A stretch of DNA of 64,000 nt from positions 650-64,649 of IMG/VR virus record IMGVR_UViG_3300033145_001096. One strand, given 5' to 3'. This document shows, one piece after another, positions 21,482-31,848 of the stretch. Numbering within the stretch: the first letter of the stretch is position 1; each line of letters opens with the position of its first letter. The stretch comes from a virus. The notes beneath the pieces are model-generated. The model saw only the letters and a list, made by a program, of their open reading frames with translations, was not told the DNA's origin and did not search any database. The translations under genes and the position numbers were made by a program.

Positions 21482-22129
21482 TTTAATACCATTATCCTCT
21501 TAATATTTAATTTATATGTCCATTTTTTAAACAATTCCATTCATATTCTAAATTTACCATAAACCATTGAAAAAAGCTATTATAATTTTCTTCAGGATAA
21601 TATTTTAAACTTTCATATATAATACTTGGTATAGCTGTAATAAATAACAAAACAAGGATATATCTTTCCCAATATTTCATTCTATCACTCCTCTTTTAGT
21701 TTCATTTGGGTTTATTGTTAAAGGATTAATATTCTTTATTTTTTGGTCTAAATAGGTAATTTCCTTCTTTTGTTCTATTTTAAATTTTTTCTTACAATGT
21801 GGGCATGTAATCTCTTTCATTTTAATTTATCCTCCTCTTTAGACCTTTTCATAGTATCTTTAAACACTATAACTCCAAATATAATACTTAGAGATAAGTT
21901 TATAATAACATTTTTTAAAAGTCTTAATAATCTCAAAAATCATCACACTCCTTTATGCCATATGGTCAGAGCTAAAACACATTCCATTTACTATAAAATG
22001 ATAGTGGTATTCCTTAAATATCCCTGTTCCACTACAAGCTCTACAACTTTTATCTTTTCCATTACATATATAACATTCTCTACTATCATCTACTTTAATT
22101 ATTTCCGCTTTATTTTTCATAAATCCTCC

Positions 22130-22486
22130 TTATAATCTTTTACGAATTCTATTAGGCATTAAGCTGTTTAAAGCGTATAAAAAGACATTTGGACGTTTAA
22201 ATCCATTTAGCCCTCTTCTTCTATAAGGATAATAAATATATGTAACATAAAATAAATAACTCATGCAAGCAGAAGCGAAAATCCCGATGCACAGTATATA
22301 AAAGTCTACAATCACAATTGCATATACTATTCTTACTAAAGTGTTTAATATAGAGATATTAACGAATTTTCTTGATTGTGTTTTGGCAGTTTTTGTTTTT
22401 ATTATTTTCCTGCCCTGCCAAACATATTTGTATGCATCAAAAAGCCCTGTGACTATTAGCAATATACCAATTATATTCTTTAACAT
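22130..22486 (-). CDS. Small 3-TM membrane protein, PQ-loop/SemiSWEET-like
   Basis: Three hydrophobic segments with a K.K...S loop; family assignment tentative. Confidence 0.45.
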   Translation of the reverse strand: MLKNIIGILLIVTGLFDAYKYVWQGRKIIKTKTAKTQSRKFVNISILNTLVRIVYAIVIVDFYILCIGIFASACMSYLFYVTYIYYPYRRRGLNGFKRPNVFLYALNSLMPNRIRKRL

Positions 22487-22675
22487 TTAAAGTTTATCCT
22501 TTATTTTTTAAATTTTTCTGCTATTGACTCTGAAATTTTATCTAAAACATATTCTTTAATAGGATAAAGTAATACTCTATTTTCTCCATGATAACAATAT
22601 TTATCTATTGTATTAACTATATCGTTAGCTAATTTTATTCTTTCTTTTATTAAATCTTTCATTTTATCTCTCCTT

Positions 22676-23746
22676 TTATTTTTCAATAACGCTATTTATT
22701 TTCTTACTTGTTAAAAATTCAGTTAAAAGTTTAACCCCATTATTCAAATCTTTCATGTTAATTATCTCAACGGAGGAATGCATGTTTCTTAGAGGTATCG
22801 CAAGGTCTACTATCTTAATCCCTCCACAAGTATTAGCCACAGATTTAGCATTGGTTCCCCCTGCATCAGCAGTGGCTAAATATTGTATCTTTATTTTGTT
22901 ATTATTTGCTATAGAATTTATTAAATTAACAGATGGTTGATGGATATTTACCCCTTTATAAATCACCATGCCTTGTCCAAGAATACATCTTCCTACTCGT
23001 CTTTCGTCTACGTCTGGTTGGTCTGTAGCAAAAGTTACATCTACACCAATGAACAAATCTGGTCGAATCTTATAAGCTAACTCTTTCGCTCCTTTACAGC
23101 CTATTTCTTCTTGAACGCTAAAGCAAAATTTTAATGTAGGAAGTGGTTTCTTTTTTTGCCGTATAATATTTTTAATTGTTTCAATAAGCATATAACAACC
23201 TGCTTTATCATCAAATCCCGACCCCATATAGAATCCATCAGTTAACTCGTCGAATTCAGGCTGTAATACAACTGGGTCTCCTATAGAAACAATTTTACAT
23301 ACATTTTTTTTACCTCTTATTCCAATGTCTACTGTAACATCACTCGTTCTATCAGGCACTTCGTCAACTTCTTCTTCAATTAGATGGATAGGTTTGCATC
23401 CAATAACTCCTTTGATAATTTCTTTTTTACTATTTAAAATTAAAACTTTTCTTCCCCTTAATAAAGAAACGTCATGTCCGCCTATTGGAACTAAAGAAAT
23501 ATAACCTCCTTTATCTATATTATTAATTAAAAAACCAAGTTGGTCAGAATGAGCGTCTATTGCTATAGTTTTGTCAGTCTTTCCTTTAATGGTAGCTACT
23601 ACATTGTTATGAAAATCAATACTGACTCTTGTTCTTGGCAAATAATTTAATAATTCTTTTTTAATATACTCAGCTAACTTTCTCTCATATCCAGATGGAG
23701 AAGCACACATAACCAGGTCTTTTAATAATTTAATATCTTTATTCAT
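22676..23746 (-). CDS. M42-family (TET-like) aminopeptidase
   Basis: ASPSGYE, DAHSDQLG, FDDKAG, VQEEIG, GVDVT, PLRNMHS. Confidence 0.92.
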   Translation of the reverse strand: MNKDIKLLKDLVMCASPSGYERKLAEYIKKELLNYLPRTRVSIDFHNNVVATIKGKTDKTIAIDAHSDQLGFLINNIDKGGYISLVPIGGHDVSLLRGRKVLILNSKKEIIKGVIGCKPIHLIEEEVDEVPDRTSDVTVDIGIRGKKNVCKIVSIGDPVVLQPEFDELTDGFYMGSGFDDKAGCYMLIETIKNIIRQKKKPLPTLKFCFSVQEEIGCKGAKELAYKIRPDLFIGVDVTFATDQPDVDERRVGRCILGQGMVIYKGVNIHQPSVNLINSIANNNKIKIQYLATADAGGTNAKSVANTCGGIKIVDLAIPLRNMHSSVEIINMKDLNNGVKLLTEFLTSKKINSVIEK

Positions 23747-23764
23747 TTAAATTTCTCCTTTTAT

Positions 23765-23829
23765 CCTCACCTTTATTATAGCATAAAACATATATCTCAA
23801 GCAAGTAAATAATCGATTTTAGTAAAATA
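23765..23829 (-). promoter_or_regulatory. Phage promoter, conserved family (duplicate of 8852-8916)
   Basis: -35 TTGCTT 23799-23804, 18 bp spacer, TGC-TATAAT with -10 at 23775-23780. Confidence 0.85.
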
Positions 23830-23832
23830 GCT

Positions 23833-24354
23833 CTAATCCCATAAATTCCAAAAATATTGTTTAAAGTTCTTCCATCCAAGGTCATAATCTCTTATCTCTT
23901 TAGTTGTCATATATCTATATATATTATCTTTATTAGTGAAGGTTTTATCAAATTTTTCTCTATCTTTTTTATCCCTCATTAAAATTAAATCTCCTTCTGA
24001 ACATTCTTTAGCAAGATAAAAGGTATAAGAAATAGAATTTAAAATATCCATCCATTGTCCTTCTGTTAATTCTACAGGATGTCCGTTTAAATTTTTCTTT
24101 AAACTCATGATAGAATGCTCAATTACATCTGCCAAATAACAATCTAAACCCCAAACATCACAATTAGCATATCCCCTCTTTCCTCTTTGAATAAATCTTT
24201 TTATATACATTAGAATATTTCCTACAAAAATTATTACTTCCTTATACGTATCTTTAAAAAAATATTTAACAGGATGAGATTTTCTATCTTTCCTTATATT
24301 TCGTGACATTTTTTTTATATTTAATCTTATTGGTTTTACTGTATGAAATTTCAT
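23833..24354 (-). CDS. Conserved phage hypothetical protein
   Basis: ORF; D.W.LD.YLA...W..IL..I...F pattern typical of phage hypotheticals. Confidence 0.65.
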   Translation of the reverse strand: MKFHTVKPIRLNIKKMSRNIRKDRKSHPVKYFFKDTYKEVIIFVGNILMYIKRFIQRGKRGYANCDVWGLDCYLADVIEHSIMSLKKNLNGHPVELTEGQWMDILNSISYTFYLAKECSEGDLILMRDKKDREKFDKTFTNKDNIYRYMTTKEIRDYDLGWKNFKQYFWNLWD

Positions 24355-24402
24355 TTTTTTTCCTTTTTATATTTATTATACTTGAGTCAACAAAATAATA
24401 GA

Positions 24403-24630
24403 TTATCTTTTATTTTTCCGCCAGTGAATAATTCCATATATATTCATTGCAAATAAATAAACAGAAATAGCTGATAAACTTGTAGTATTTAGCATTATAC
24501 CTATTACCATATATATAGCATTGGCTAATCCAAACCAATAAAATCCAGATATCTTCTTCCTTGCTATAAGAAAGGAGCCAACCACGAAGCCTATATTAGC
24601 TGACCAACCGAGCATATCAGTTAATTGCAT
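24403..24630 (-). CDS. Half-size PnuC-like (nicotinamide riboside transporter-like) membrane protein
   Basis: Three TM helices, GFYWFGLANAIY...NIYGIIHWRK; start at ATG 24630. Confidence 0.5.
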   Translation of the reverse strand: MQLTDMLGWSANIGFVVGSFLIARKKISGFYWFGLANAIYMVIGIMLNTTSLSAISVYLFAMNIYGIIHWRKNKR

Positions 24631-25811
24631 GAGTTTTCTCCTATTTTTAAATAAGGAATGAATCCAAGACAAATTAATGTAAATATTCCACTTACTATAA
24701 TAAGCCATTCTAATCCTATTTTAGGATATAACCATCCCCCTATAACTCTACTTCCCATAGCTCCTAAATTTAATACACTACAAATTCCAGCAAATGTAAA
24801 TGCTTCTGCTTCTTTAGGTGTTATTCTTGCAACATAATCTAATATAACCAAATGACTTATCATACCAAATATTCCAAATATTACAGCATAAATCAAAGCT
24901 ATTTGCCAATTAGGATAATATAAATAACAAAAAGTTGTAACACCCGCTAAGAAAGTAGTTATATATAATAACTTTTTAAGATTTATTTTTTTACATATCT
25001 TCCAATATATAACTGCTCCTAAAATCCCAAACGCACTTCCTGTTGTGCTTAATAGACCTATAAAAATTTTATCGAAATGAAGAGAATCTCTCATTTTAAA
25101 CATCAATGCTAATCCAAATGATGGACTGAACCATAAACAAAATAAAAAGGCGAGTGCCAACCACAATTGTTTACTTTTTATTGCTTTTTTAATTCCTTTA
25201 AAACTCTTTGTATTAACTTTTTCTTTTCTTTTTTCTTCATTGTATTGCGTTATCATATAAGTTAATATTCCACCTATAAACATGACAACAAGTAAATTAG
25301 CTATTCTATAATTTAAATACTTAGCAATTACTCCACCAACTACTCCTGTAATTAGACTTGCTACAGAAATAGCTCCCCATTGAATACTTTGAAATTTTCC
25401 CGTGAGATTGTATTTCTGCCCTTTAGCTACCATTATACCATCACAGGCTACATCATTCATGGCAAAACAGGTCGCACATAATATATTTATAATAATTAAA
25501 CTTTGAATATTTAACCCAAAAAAGAATATATACATCCCTAATAACATAATTAAGATATAATTGATAATTAAGTAAGATTTTCTCCTATAACCGAATAAAG
25601 GAAAGGTATCGCTTATTATCCCATAAATAGGCTTAATCGTCCAAGGAATGGTGGCTAAAGCCCCAATATAGGCTATTTTATCGACAGTTAGCCCCCAAGT
25701 CTCTTTCATTAGATAAAAGATACTTTGAGAAGGAAGTCCATAGATTCCTTGACCAAAATAGACCAAAGCAAAAAGAAAATAATATTTTAAATATTTATTT
25801 TTCTTCTTCAT
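24621..25811 (-). CDS. MFS transporter, BT1 (folate/biopterin) family
   Basis: ~12 TM; IPWTIKPIYGIISDTFPLFGYRRKSYL, DVACDGIMV, FQSIQWG. Confidence 0.85.
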   Translation of the reverse strand: MKKKNKYLKYYFLFALVYFGQGIYGLPSQSIFYLMKETWGLTVDKIAYIGALATIPWTIKPIYGIISDTFPLFGYRRKSYLIINYILIMLLGMYIFFFGLNIQSLIIINILCATCFAMNDVACDGIMVAKGQKYNLTGKFQSIQWGAISVASLITGVVGGVIAKYLNYRIANLLVVMFIGGILTYMITQYNEEKRKEKVNTKSFKGIKKAIKSKQLWLALAFLFCLWFSPSFGLALMFKMRDSLHFDKIFIGLLSTTGSAFGILGAVIYWKICKKINLKKLLYITTFLAGVTTFCYLYYPNWQIALIYAVIFGIFGMISHLVILDYVARITPKEAEAFTFAGICSVLNLGAMGSRVIGGWLYPKIGLEWLIIVSGIFTLICLGFIPYLKIGENSCN

Positions 25812-26452
25812 TATATCATAAACCTCTTTCTCCTACCATTATATTCTTTTTCTATAATATCAATAACTTCTTCTATACTATCTGTTACTTTAAATAAATT
25901 ATAATCTCTTTGATTAATTTTTTTGTCATCTTTCAAATATCTAAGCCACTCTATCAACCCTTTATAAAATTTAGTTCCAAATAATATAAACGGTCTTGAT
26001 GGAATTTTTTCGTTTTGCAACACGGCAAATTGGTCCATGATTTCATCAAGTGTGCCATATCCTCCAGGACAAGCAATAGAAGCGAAAGAGTATTTTGTGA
26101 ACATTACTTTTCTTGTGTAAAAATGTTTAAAAATAATATAGTGATTAATATAATCATTTTTATCTTGAAATTTAGGAAGTTCTATATTTAATCCAACCGA
26201 AATTCCACCTGCATCATAAGCTCCTTTATTTGCAGCTTCCATAAGCCCCTTACCTGCTCCAGTAATAATGGAATATTTCTTTTTCGCTAATTTATAAGCT
26301 AATTCATATGTAGATTTGTATTGAGAGTTATCAGGTTTTGTTCTCGCAGACCCAAAAATAGCTATACCTCTTTTAATCTGACCTAAATACTCAAAACCTC
26401 TACCAAATTCATCTCGAATCCTATTAAGCCTTTTTCTATCAGATTTCCTCAT
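25811..26452 (-). CDS. LOG-family nucleotide phosphoribohydrolase (TIGR00730-like)
   Basis: IFGSART, ITGAGKGLMEAANKGA, FYTRK, PGGYGTLDE. Confidence 0.9.
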   Translation of the reverse strand: MRKSDRKRLNRIRDEFGRGFEYLGQIKRGIAIFGSARTKPDNSQYKSTYELAYKLAKKKYSIITGAGKGLMEAANKGAYDAGGISVGLNIELPKFQDKNDYINHYIIFKHFYTRKVMFTKYSFASIACPGGYGTLDEIMDQFAVLQNEKIPSRPFILFGTKFYKGLIEWLRYLKDDKKINQRDYNLFKVTDSIEEVIDIIEKEYNGRRKRFMI

Positions 26453-26895
26453 TTAATCCCCATTCTTTCATCATATAATTTTTGAAAAGCATTAGCATAC
26501 AATTTATCAGCTCCATTTATATATTTAAGTAAATAATCGATTGCTCGTAAATAATATTCTGGATAAAGTTTTTTAATTGCATTTAATGCGAAATCTTCAG
26601 CTTCATATTCTTTTTCTTCTAAACTTAAATAATGGTTAATTGTAAAATGATTTTTCCGCACATGCCCCATCTCATGGAGAGCTCCTAACATGACTTCAAG
26701 TTTATTTTGTAATTTCTTAGCGTTATATTTTATAAGATAGCATTCTTTTTTATCTCCGTCAACATAGTTATATAAATTTATAGATAAACCTCTTACTCTA
26801 TTATCTCGTTTAATAGTAAAATGGTCTTTTGGAAAATGTAATCTCTTTTCCATTTCTTCTACAAAATTTATAAATAACTTTTCATTATTTGTCAT
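26449..26895 (-). CDS. HEXXH zinc metallopeptidase (ImmA/IrrE-like)
   Basis: ALHEMGH...EYEAEDFA. Confidence 0.6.
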   Translation of the reverse strand: MTNNEKLFINFVEEMEKRLHFPKDHFTIKRDNRVRGLSINLYNYVDGDKKECYLIKYNAKKLQNKLEVMLGALHEMGHVRKNHFTINHYLSLEEKEYEAEDFALNAIKKLYPEYYLRAIDYLLKYINGADKLYANAFQKLYDERMGIK

Positions 26896-27058
26896 TATTT
26901 TTTCCAGCCAATTCTATAAAATGCTTAATACGGTGGTTCTTGCAGCAATAATACTCCCCTTTATAATAATAAGCAATGTTTTTTTGAAAAGGGTCTTTAT
27001 TACATTTACTATAGGTGCATTTTGTTCTTCTTTTTGCTTTGGCTGTCTTTCTCATAAT

Positions 27059-27502
27059 TTATCTCCTTTTCCATTTTGAATCTAAAATCGTCCGTCCATT
27101 CATATGCTCTATCTCATGTTGAATTGCTATACAAATCACACCATCTTCTTCTAAAGTATATATAAATCTTTTTCCATTATTCTCTATTTCTACTTCTTTG
27201 TAACGAATTGTATCTACATAAATTCCAGGAAGAGAAAGGCATCCTTCGTTTTTCATCATAAATCTATCATACTTTTCTATAATTTTAGCATTAATTAAAT
27301 CTATTGAAATCTTTTGTTGGGGAATTCTTATTATTGCTACTTTTTCTGGAATTCCTATCTGAATTCCACTCAATCCGATTCCATTTTTATGTTTTGATAA
27401 CTCTTTTTCTAATAAATCTACAATTCCATTGATTCGATTCTTATTTGCTTCTTCTGATTTTGTTTTTAATTCTTCTATATTATAAATAATTGATTTTATC
27501 AT
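27059..27502 (-). CDS. def: Peptide deformylase, C-terminally short form
   Basis: GIGLSGIQIG, EGCLS, QHEIEH. Confidence 0.92.
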   Translation of the reverse strand: MIKSIIYNIEELKTKSEEANKNRINGIVDLLEKELSKHKNGIGLSGIQIGIPEKVAIIRIPQQKISIDLINAKIIEKYDRFMMKNEGCLSLPGIYVDTIRYKEVEIENNGKRFIYTLEEDGVICIAIQHEIEHMNGRTILDSKWKRR

Positions 27503-28089
27503 CCTTTATTCCTAATAAAATTATTAATTTTTCGATTTAATATAGTAATATTTTTAATTTCTTTCTCCCATATAATCAAAACTTTATAACCTAATTTATA
27601 ATAGATATTTATTTTTTCTTTATCTCTTTTTTTATTTTGAGGTATATTATGCCAATAATCACCAAAAACTTCTATAATTTTTTTATCTTTTTTATTAATG
27701 AAATCAGGATTATAACTTCCAATGGATAATTTATTGTTTCCGACATATTTGAATGATTTAGGCAATAAAGATGTAACTATAGATTCTGGTTTTGTAGGTC
27801 GTCTATGATAATCAAATATATTATCTTTATGCGATTTTTTTGTTGAACATGATTGACATCTTTTGCCTCTTATATCGCAATCAACATTACAATCTATACA
27901 TTTATGTTTTCCTCCATGTTTGTATTTTAATTGATGTAATAATTTTTTTATTTTGTTGGTGTGTGTTTTATTGCAAAAGGGGTTATTTATTCCCATCGAT
28001 GAACATCTTTTACATAATGTAGAACCTTGATACATCGGTTCATTGCATTGAGGACATTTTTCTGTTTTTTTATTTATTTTCCTTACCAT
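27499..28089 (-). CDS. Vsr/DUF559-like endonuclease with N-terminal zinc fingers
   Basis: PTKPE...YNPDF...IEVFGDYWH...IIWE. Confidence 0.8.
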   Translation of the reverse strand: MVRKINKKTEKCPQCNEPMYQGSTLCKRCSSMGINNPFCNKTHTNKIKKLLHQLKYKHGGKHKCIDCNVDCDIRGKRCQSCSTKKSHKDNIFDYHRRPTKPESIVTSLLPKSFKYVGNNKLSIGSYNPDFINKKDKKIIEVFGDYWHNIPQNKKRDKEKINIYYKLGYKVLIIWEKEIKNITILNRKINNFIRNKG

Positions 28090-28227
28090 TTATAAATTCC
28101 TTTCTGAATTCTTTTGGAACATAACAACTATACCTTATACATTTCTCACATTTCTTATCACGATTAATACAATCTTCTTTTAAACATAAATTAATTCTAT
28201 GATTTAATCTGGTTTTTTCACCCACAA

Positions 28228-28587
28228 TTAATCCTTTCGTATGAAGTCACAAATTGCTTTGACTAATCTTTTACAGCTACCCCATAAATCACAATATTGG
28301 GAAGAACAATCTTCTCCTCCTGTTTTACAACCATTAACAGTTTTTAAAATATCCCACACTACTTTCTCATCAACTCTATCCAATTTAGCTTTGAGTTTAT
28401 TTCTCTCAGTATGTGCCTTTACACTTGCATTTAGGATAGATGTTTTAACTTCTTCTAATTCTTTAACTTTTGTCTCAAGCTTATACTTTAAAATTAATAA
28501 TGCTCTGGCATAATCGCTTACACTTTCCTTCGTGCAATCGCAGAATACTAAATACTGTGAACAAATAAAACATCTATTACTCTTCAT
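28228..28587 (-). CDS. Hypothetical protein sharing a C-terminal module with 36994-37686
   Basis: AKLDRVD...AICDFIRKD. Confidence 0.6.
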   Translation of the reverse strand: MKSNRCFICSQYLVFCDCTKESVSDYARALLILKYKLETKVKELEEVKTSILNASVKAHTERNKLKAKLDRVDEKVVWDILKTVNGCKTGGEDCSSQYCDLWGSCKRLVKAICDFIRKD

Positions 28588-28818
28588 CTTAATTTATTCC
28601 TCTTTAATTAAACTCTCTCCATACTAACTTAATAGGCACTGAAAATGGTTTTTTATTTTTTATATTCTGTTTAGATTTAATCTTCTTCTTTTTCATAACG
28701 CTTCCTTTCCTCATTTTCTTTTAGCATATAATATTTAAGTTGCATAAAGCACTTTATTGCACCTCTTAAAGTTTTATCTAATCTTAGTTTTCTATAAAAT
28801 TGATTATTAACTCTTCCT

Positions 28819-29739
28819 CTACTCATAATTTGGCTCCTTTAAGAAAATTTTAATTTCTTTTAAACTAACACATCTTCCATAATTTTGAGCAATAATTCCA
28901 AAAGGACTTACTTTAGATAACCCCATAAACTGTATCAATACCCCTACCACTTTACCTTTATATAATAAAGAACCACCACTGTTACCAAACCAAATCTTAT
29001 TAGTAACAATATAATATCCCTTTTTATCCACCTGTGTAATTATACCATCAGTAATCATATCTACTATACCATTAGGGTTGCCTACTATAATAACTTCACT
29101 TCCTTCTTTAGGAGCTTCAGTAGCTATTTCAAGATAAGAAGTATTTTTTAATTGTGGAACTTTAAGCAATGCTAAATCCTTTTTCTTATTATACTTTACT
29201 ATTTCTGCTTTAGATTGTGTTCCAGAATCAGATTCAATGACTAATAAATTATCTTCTATTTTTTGTTCTATTAAATGGGCACAAGTAAGGACATAACTTT
29301 CTCCATTTATTTTTATATGTGTTCCAGAACCCATAAAGCCATATGCTAAATTCTTAATTAAAACGTTAGCCTCTTTTATCTTAGCAACTTTTTTTAAATC
29401 AATATCTTTTTTAGAATTTATTTTCTTTTCCAGTTTATCAAAATATTTATTAAATTCTTTTATAGCAGTTGTTGTAAGATTTAAAGCGTCAGAAATTACA
29501 GATTCTAAATAATCAATTTTGATTTTCGACAGTTGCTGTAATTTGATTGTAGTTAAAACAATTTTTTCTAATTCTTCTATTAATTCTTCTTGATATTGGG
29601 CTAATATATCTATCTTATTTTCAAGCATAGAAATAAAAGTTCTTTGCTCATAACAAGTATAAGATATACATCCTAATACTATAAGATTTAATGTTAATAA
29701 AGTTGTTAAAATAATTCTTCCAATGCTGAATTTATTCAT
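28819..29739 (-). CDS. Membrane-anchored trypsin-like serine protease (S1, no PDZ)
   Basis: N-terminal TM and coiled coil; TCAH, DLALL, GNSGG triad; start at ATG 29739. Confidence 0.88.
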   Translation of the reverse strand: MNKFSIGRIILTTLLTLNLIVLGCISYTCYEQRTFISMLENKIDILAQYQEELIEELEKIVLTTIKLQQLSKIKIDYLESVISDALNLTTTAIKEFNKYFDKLEKKINSKKDIDLKKVAKIKEANVLIKNLAYGFMGSGTHIKINGESYVLTCAHLIEQKIEDNLLVIESDSGTQSKAEIVKYNKKKDLALLKVPQLKNTSYLEIATEAPKEGSEVIIVGNPNGIVDMITDGIITQVDKKGYYIVTNKIWFGNSGGSLLYKGKVVGVLIQFMGLSKVSPFGIIAQNYGRCVSLKEIKIFLKEPNYE

Positions 29740-30397
29740 AATTTGCTCCTTTTTTATAATTTTCAGTTGCCCATAAGGGTTGTAAGTTAGTGTAATTAAA
29801 GCATTTACGTTGTTCGGAGGGTTTGGATAAATCGAACAATGAACAAGGTTTGATATGGCCAATGTGCCAACCATAAAACCCGTGATTTTTCCAAGTCATT
29901 CCTTTTGTAAACTGATTTTGTAAATGGTTCTTTAAGAATTCTATCGAACAACCAAGCAGCTTTTTCGTAGATGCTGCTTTGGAATTTCTTTTTATTGCAT
30001 GATGTAATCTATCTCTTAAAGTAACTAATATTTTATAATTTGAGTCTGTCTTCAATCTTTTTTTTCTTAAATTATTTCGCTCTATTTTATGAAATTTATG
30101 GTATTTTCTCATCCTTCTTAATATTTCTTTTTTATGAGTTTCTCTGTAATCTTTTGATTCTTGTTTGTGAGATTCATAATATATTTTACTGTATTCTCTT
30201 CGTTCTTGTTTATGAGCTTCTTTATATATTCTACCTTTAATAGCAATTTCCTCTTTGTTATCCAAGTAATATATTTTTCTATATATCTTAATGCAATCTT
30301 TACATGAAGAAGATAACCCATCTTTATGATTTCTATTTTTAGCGAATTCTATAATTGACTTAATTATTTTGCACTTTGAGCAAGTTTTAGTTTTCAT
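29732..30397 (-). CDS. HNH homing endonuclease (paralogue of 9348-10202)
   Basis: MKTKTCSKCK...WHIGHIKPCSLF...NYTNLQPLW. Confidence 0.85.
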   Translation of the reverse strand: MKTKTCSKCKIIKSIIEFAKNRNHKDGLSSSCKDCIKIYRKIYYLDNKEEIAIKGRIYKEAHKQERREYSKIYYESHKQESKDYRETHKKEILRRMRKYHKFHKIERNNLRKKRLKTDSNYKILVTLRDRLHHAIKRNSKAASTKKLLGCSIEFLKNHLQNQFTKGMTWKNHGFYGWHIGHIKPCSLFDLSKPSEQRKCFNYTNLQPLWATENYKKGANYE

Positions 30398-30423
30398 TAG
30401 AAACAAACCCTTTGTATTTTTAA

Positions 30424-31029
30424 TTAATTTAATATTTCGTCAATAATCCCATATTTTAAGCATTCTTCTGAATATAGCCATAGTTCTGCGTTTCTTGCTT
30501 TTGTTAATTGAGTTTCTGAAAGTTTTGTTTGTTTTTTTAGCATTTTAAATAGTTTAGATTGTAGCCTTTCCATATTTTCAAATCTATATTTCATTTTAGT
30601 TGCATAATCATAGCCCCCTCCACACATATCATGTGCCATCCAAACAGAATTTTTGCACATATATCTCTTATCTCCAAATATAGAAATAATTGCTGCCATA
30701 GAAGCAGCTTCTCCATTAATAACAGTAAATACAGGAGATGATAATCCCGCCATACAATCGATAATGGAAAGCCCATCATAAACACATCCCCCACGAGAAT
30801 TTATATAAAGAACTATAGGAGTTTTACGGCGATAAACATCTAATGCTATTAGTTGAGTAGTAATTTTATGAGCTTGTTCTGTATCTATTACACCAGAAAG
30901 AAAAATATGCCTATTATGCAATAATATTTGTTCTGGTTTAATTTCGTTCTTATAATTAAGTTTATTTGAACGTTTACGTTTTCTCTTTTTAACAGTGGAT
31001 TTCTTTCTTTTAATCGTTTTCTTAGCCAT
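30424..31029 (-). CDS. clpP: ClpP-like protease, free-standing
   Basis: YINSRGG.V..G, AASMAA (Ser), MAH (His), L..GIIDEI. Confidence 0.9.
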   Translation of the reverse strand: MAKKTIKRKKSTVKKRKRKRSNKLNYKNEIKPEQILLHNRHIFLSGVIDTEQAHKITTQLIALDVYRRKTPIVLYINSRGGCVYDGLSIIDCMAGLSSPVFTVINGEAASMAAIISIFGDKRYMCKNSVWMAHDMCGGGYDYATKMKYRFENMERLQSKLFKMLKKQTKLSETQLTKARNAELWLYSEECLKYGIIDEILN

Positions 31030-31039
31030 GATTCCTCCT

Positions 31040-31600
31040 TTAGAAATTTTTAACGATGTGATTAGCTAAATCATCAATCTGAGTCTTTAGCGTATCCAAG
31101 TCTGCAATTTGCCCAATAAAAACGGTTATTGCTTGGCAAGCTGCTTTATAGGCACACTGCATTTTAATAGATGCAACTGTTTCTGGACTTCTTTGATAAG
31201 ATGTATTTGTGCTTTTTGGTTTGACAGGATTTTTTTGATTACAAGTGTAACATTTTTGGTATTTTCCATCTTTAAGTTCTTTACCACAATCGGAACAATG
31301 ATACCCTTCTTCTATATTTGTATCTGATTGAGCTGTATCTGCATTATTTTCTTCAACAACAGCTCCCTTTTTTACCTCAGCATTTTTGCCTTCTTTATTA
31401 ATTCGAGTTACGTGGTAAAGTTTACCTTTCATTGTATACTCAATTCCTATCGTATCCCCGTCTTCGAAACTGGTTTTGGCATAGTTGTAGACTTCTTCTC
31501 CGCAGTTCATCCATTGAATAGGATTTTTTAAATTTTTATCTTTGGTATCTATTTTCAGTAAATGTTTATCGCCTTTTTTATACGCTACTTGAAATATCAT
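31040..31600 (-). CDS. Hypothetical protein, possible OB-fold plus zinc finger (SSB-like?)
   Basis: Beta-rich N-terminus, CSDC...CYTC; in the replication block; weak inference. Confidence 0.3.
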   Translation of the reverse strand: MIFQVAYKKGDKHLLKIDTKDKNLKNPIQWMNCGEEVYNYAKTSFEDGDTIGIEYTMKGKLYHVTRINKEGKNAEVKKGAVVEENNADTAQSDTNIEEGYHCSDCGKELKDGKYQKCYTCNQKNPVKPKSTNTSYQRSPETVASIKMQCAYKAACQAITVFIGQIADLDTLKTQIDDLANHIVKNF

Positions 31601-31848
31601 TTTAACTCCTCCTTTTTTAGTTCTTCTAAATTATTATAATAAGTCGCAAATCCCCATTCTGAATTCGAAAAACTTATTAAACTTCCGTCTTCCATTTCTA
31701 TTACAAATTTACCCGTATTAAATTCGAATTCCTTATCTGAGATTTTTTGTATTAATTCTTGTTTACTGTATTCATCAATTAAACAGGAAATTCGTTTAAT
31801 TTTCTTATTTTTTATTAATTTAGTCAACTCTATTTCTATTAAATTCAT
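31597..31848 (-). CDS. Hypothetical protein
   Basis: ORF track. Confidence 0.6.
   Translation of the reverse strand: MNLIEIELTKLIKNKKIKRISCLIDEYSKQELIQKISDKEFEFNTGKFVIEMEDGSLISFSNSEWGFATYYNNLEELKKEELK

Noticed and set aside
24375-24390. TTGACT...TATAAT promoter-like pair
   Set aside because: Only 4 bp between the hexamers; at most a decayed copy of the promoter family.
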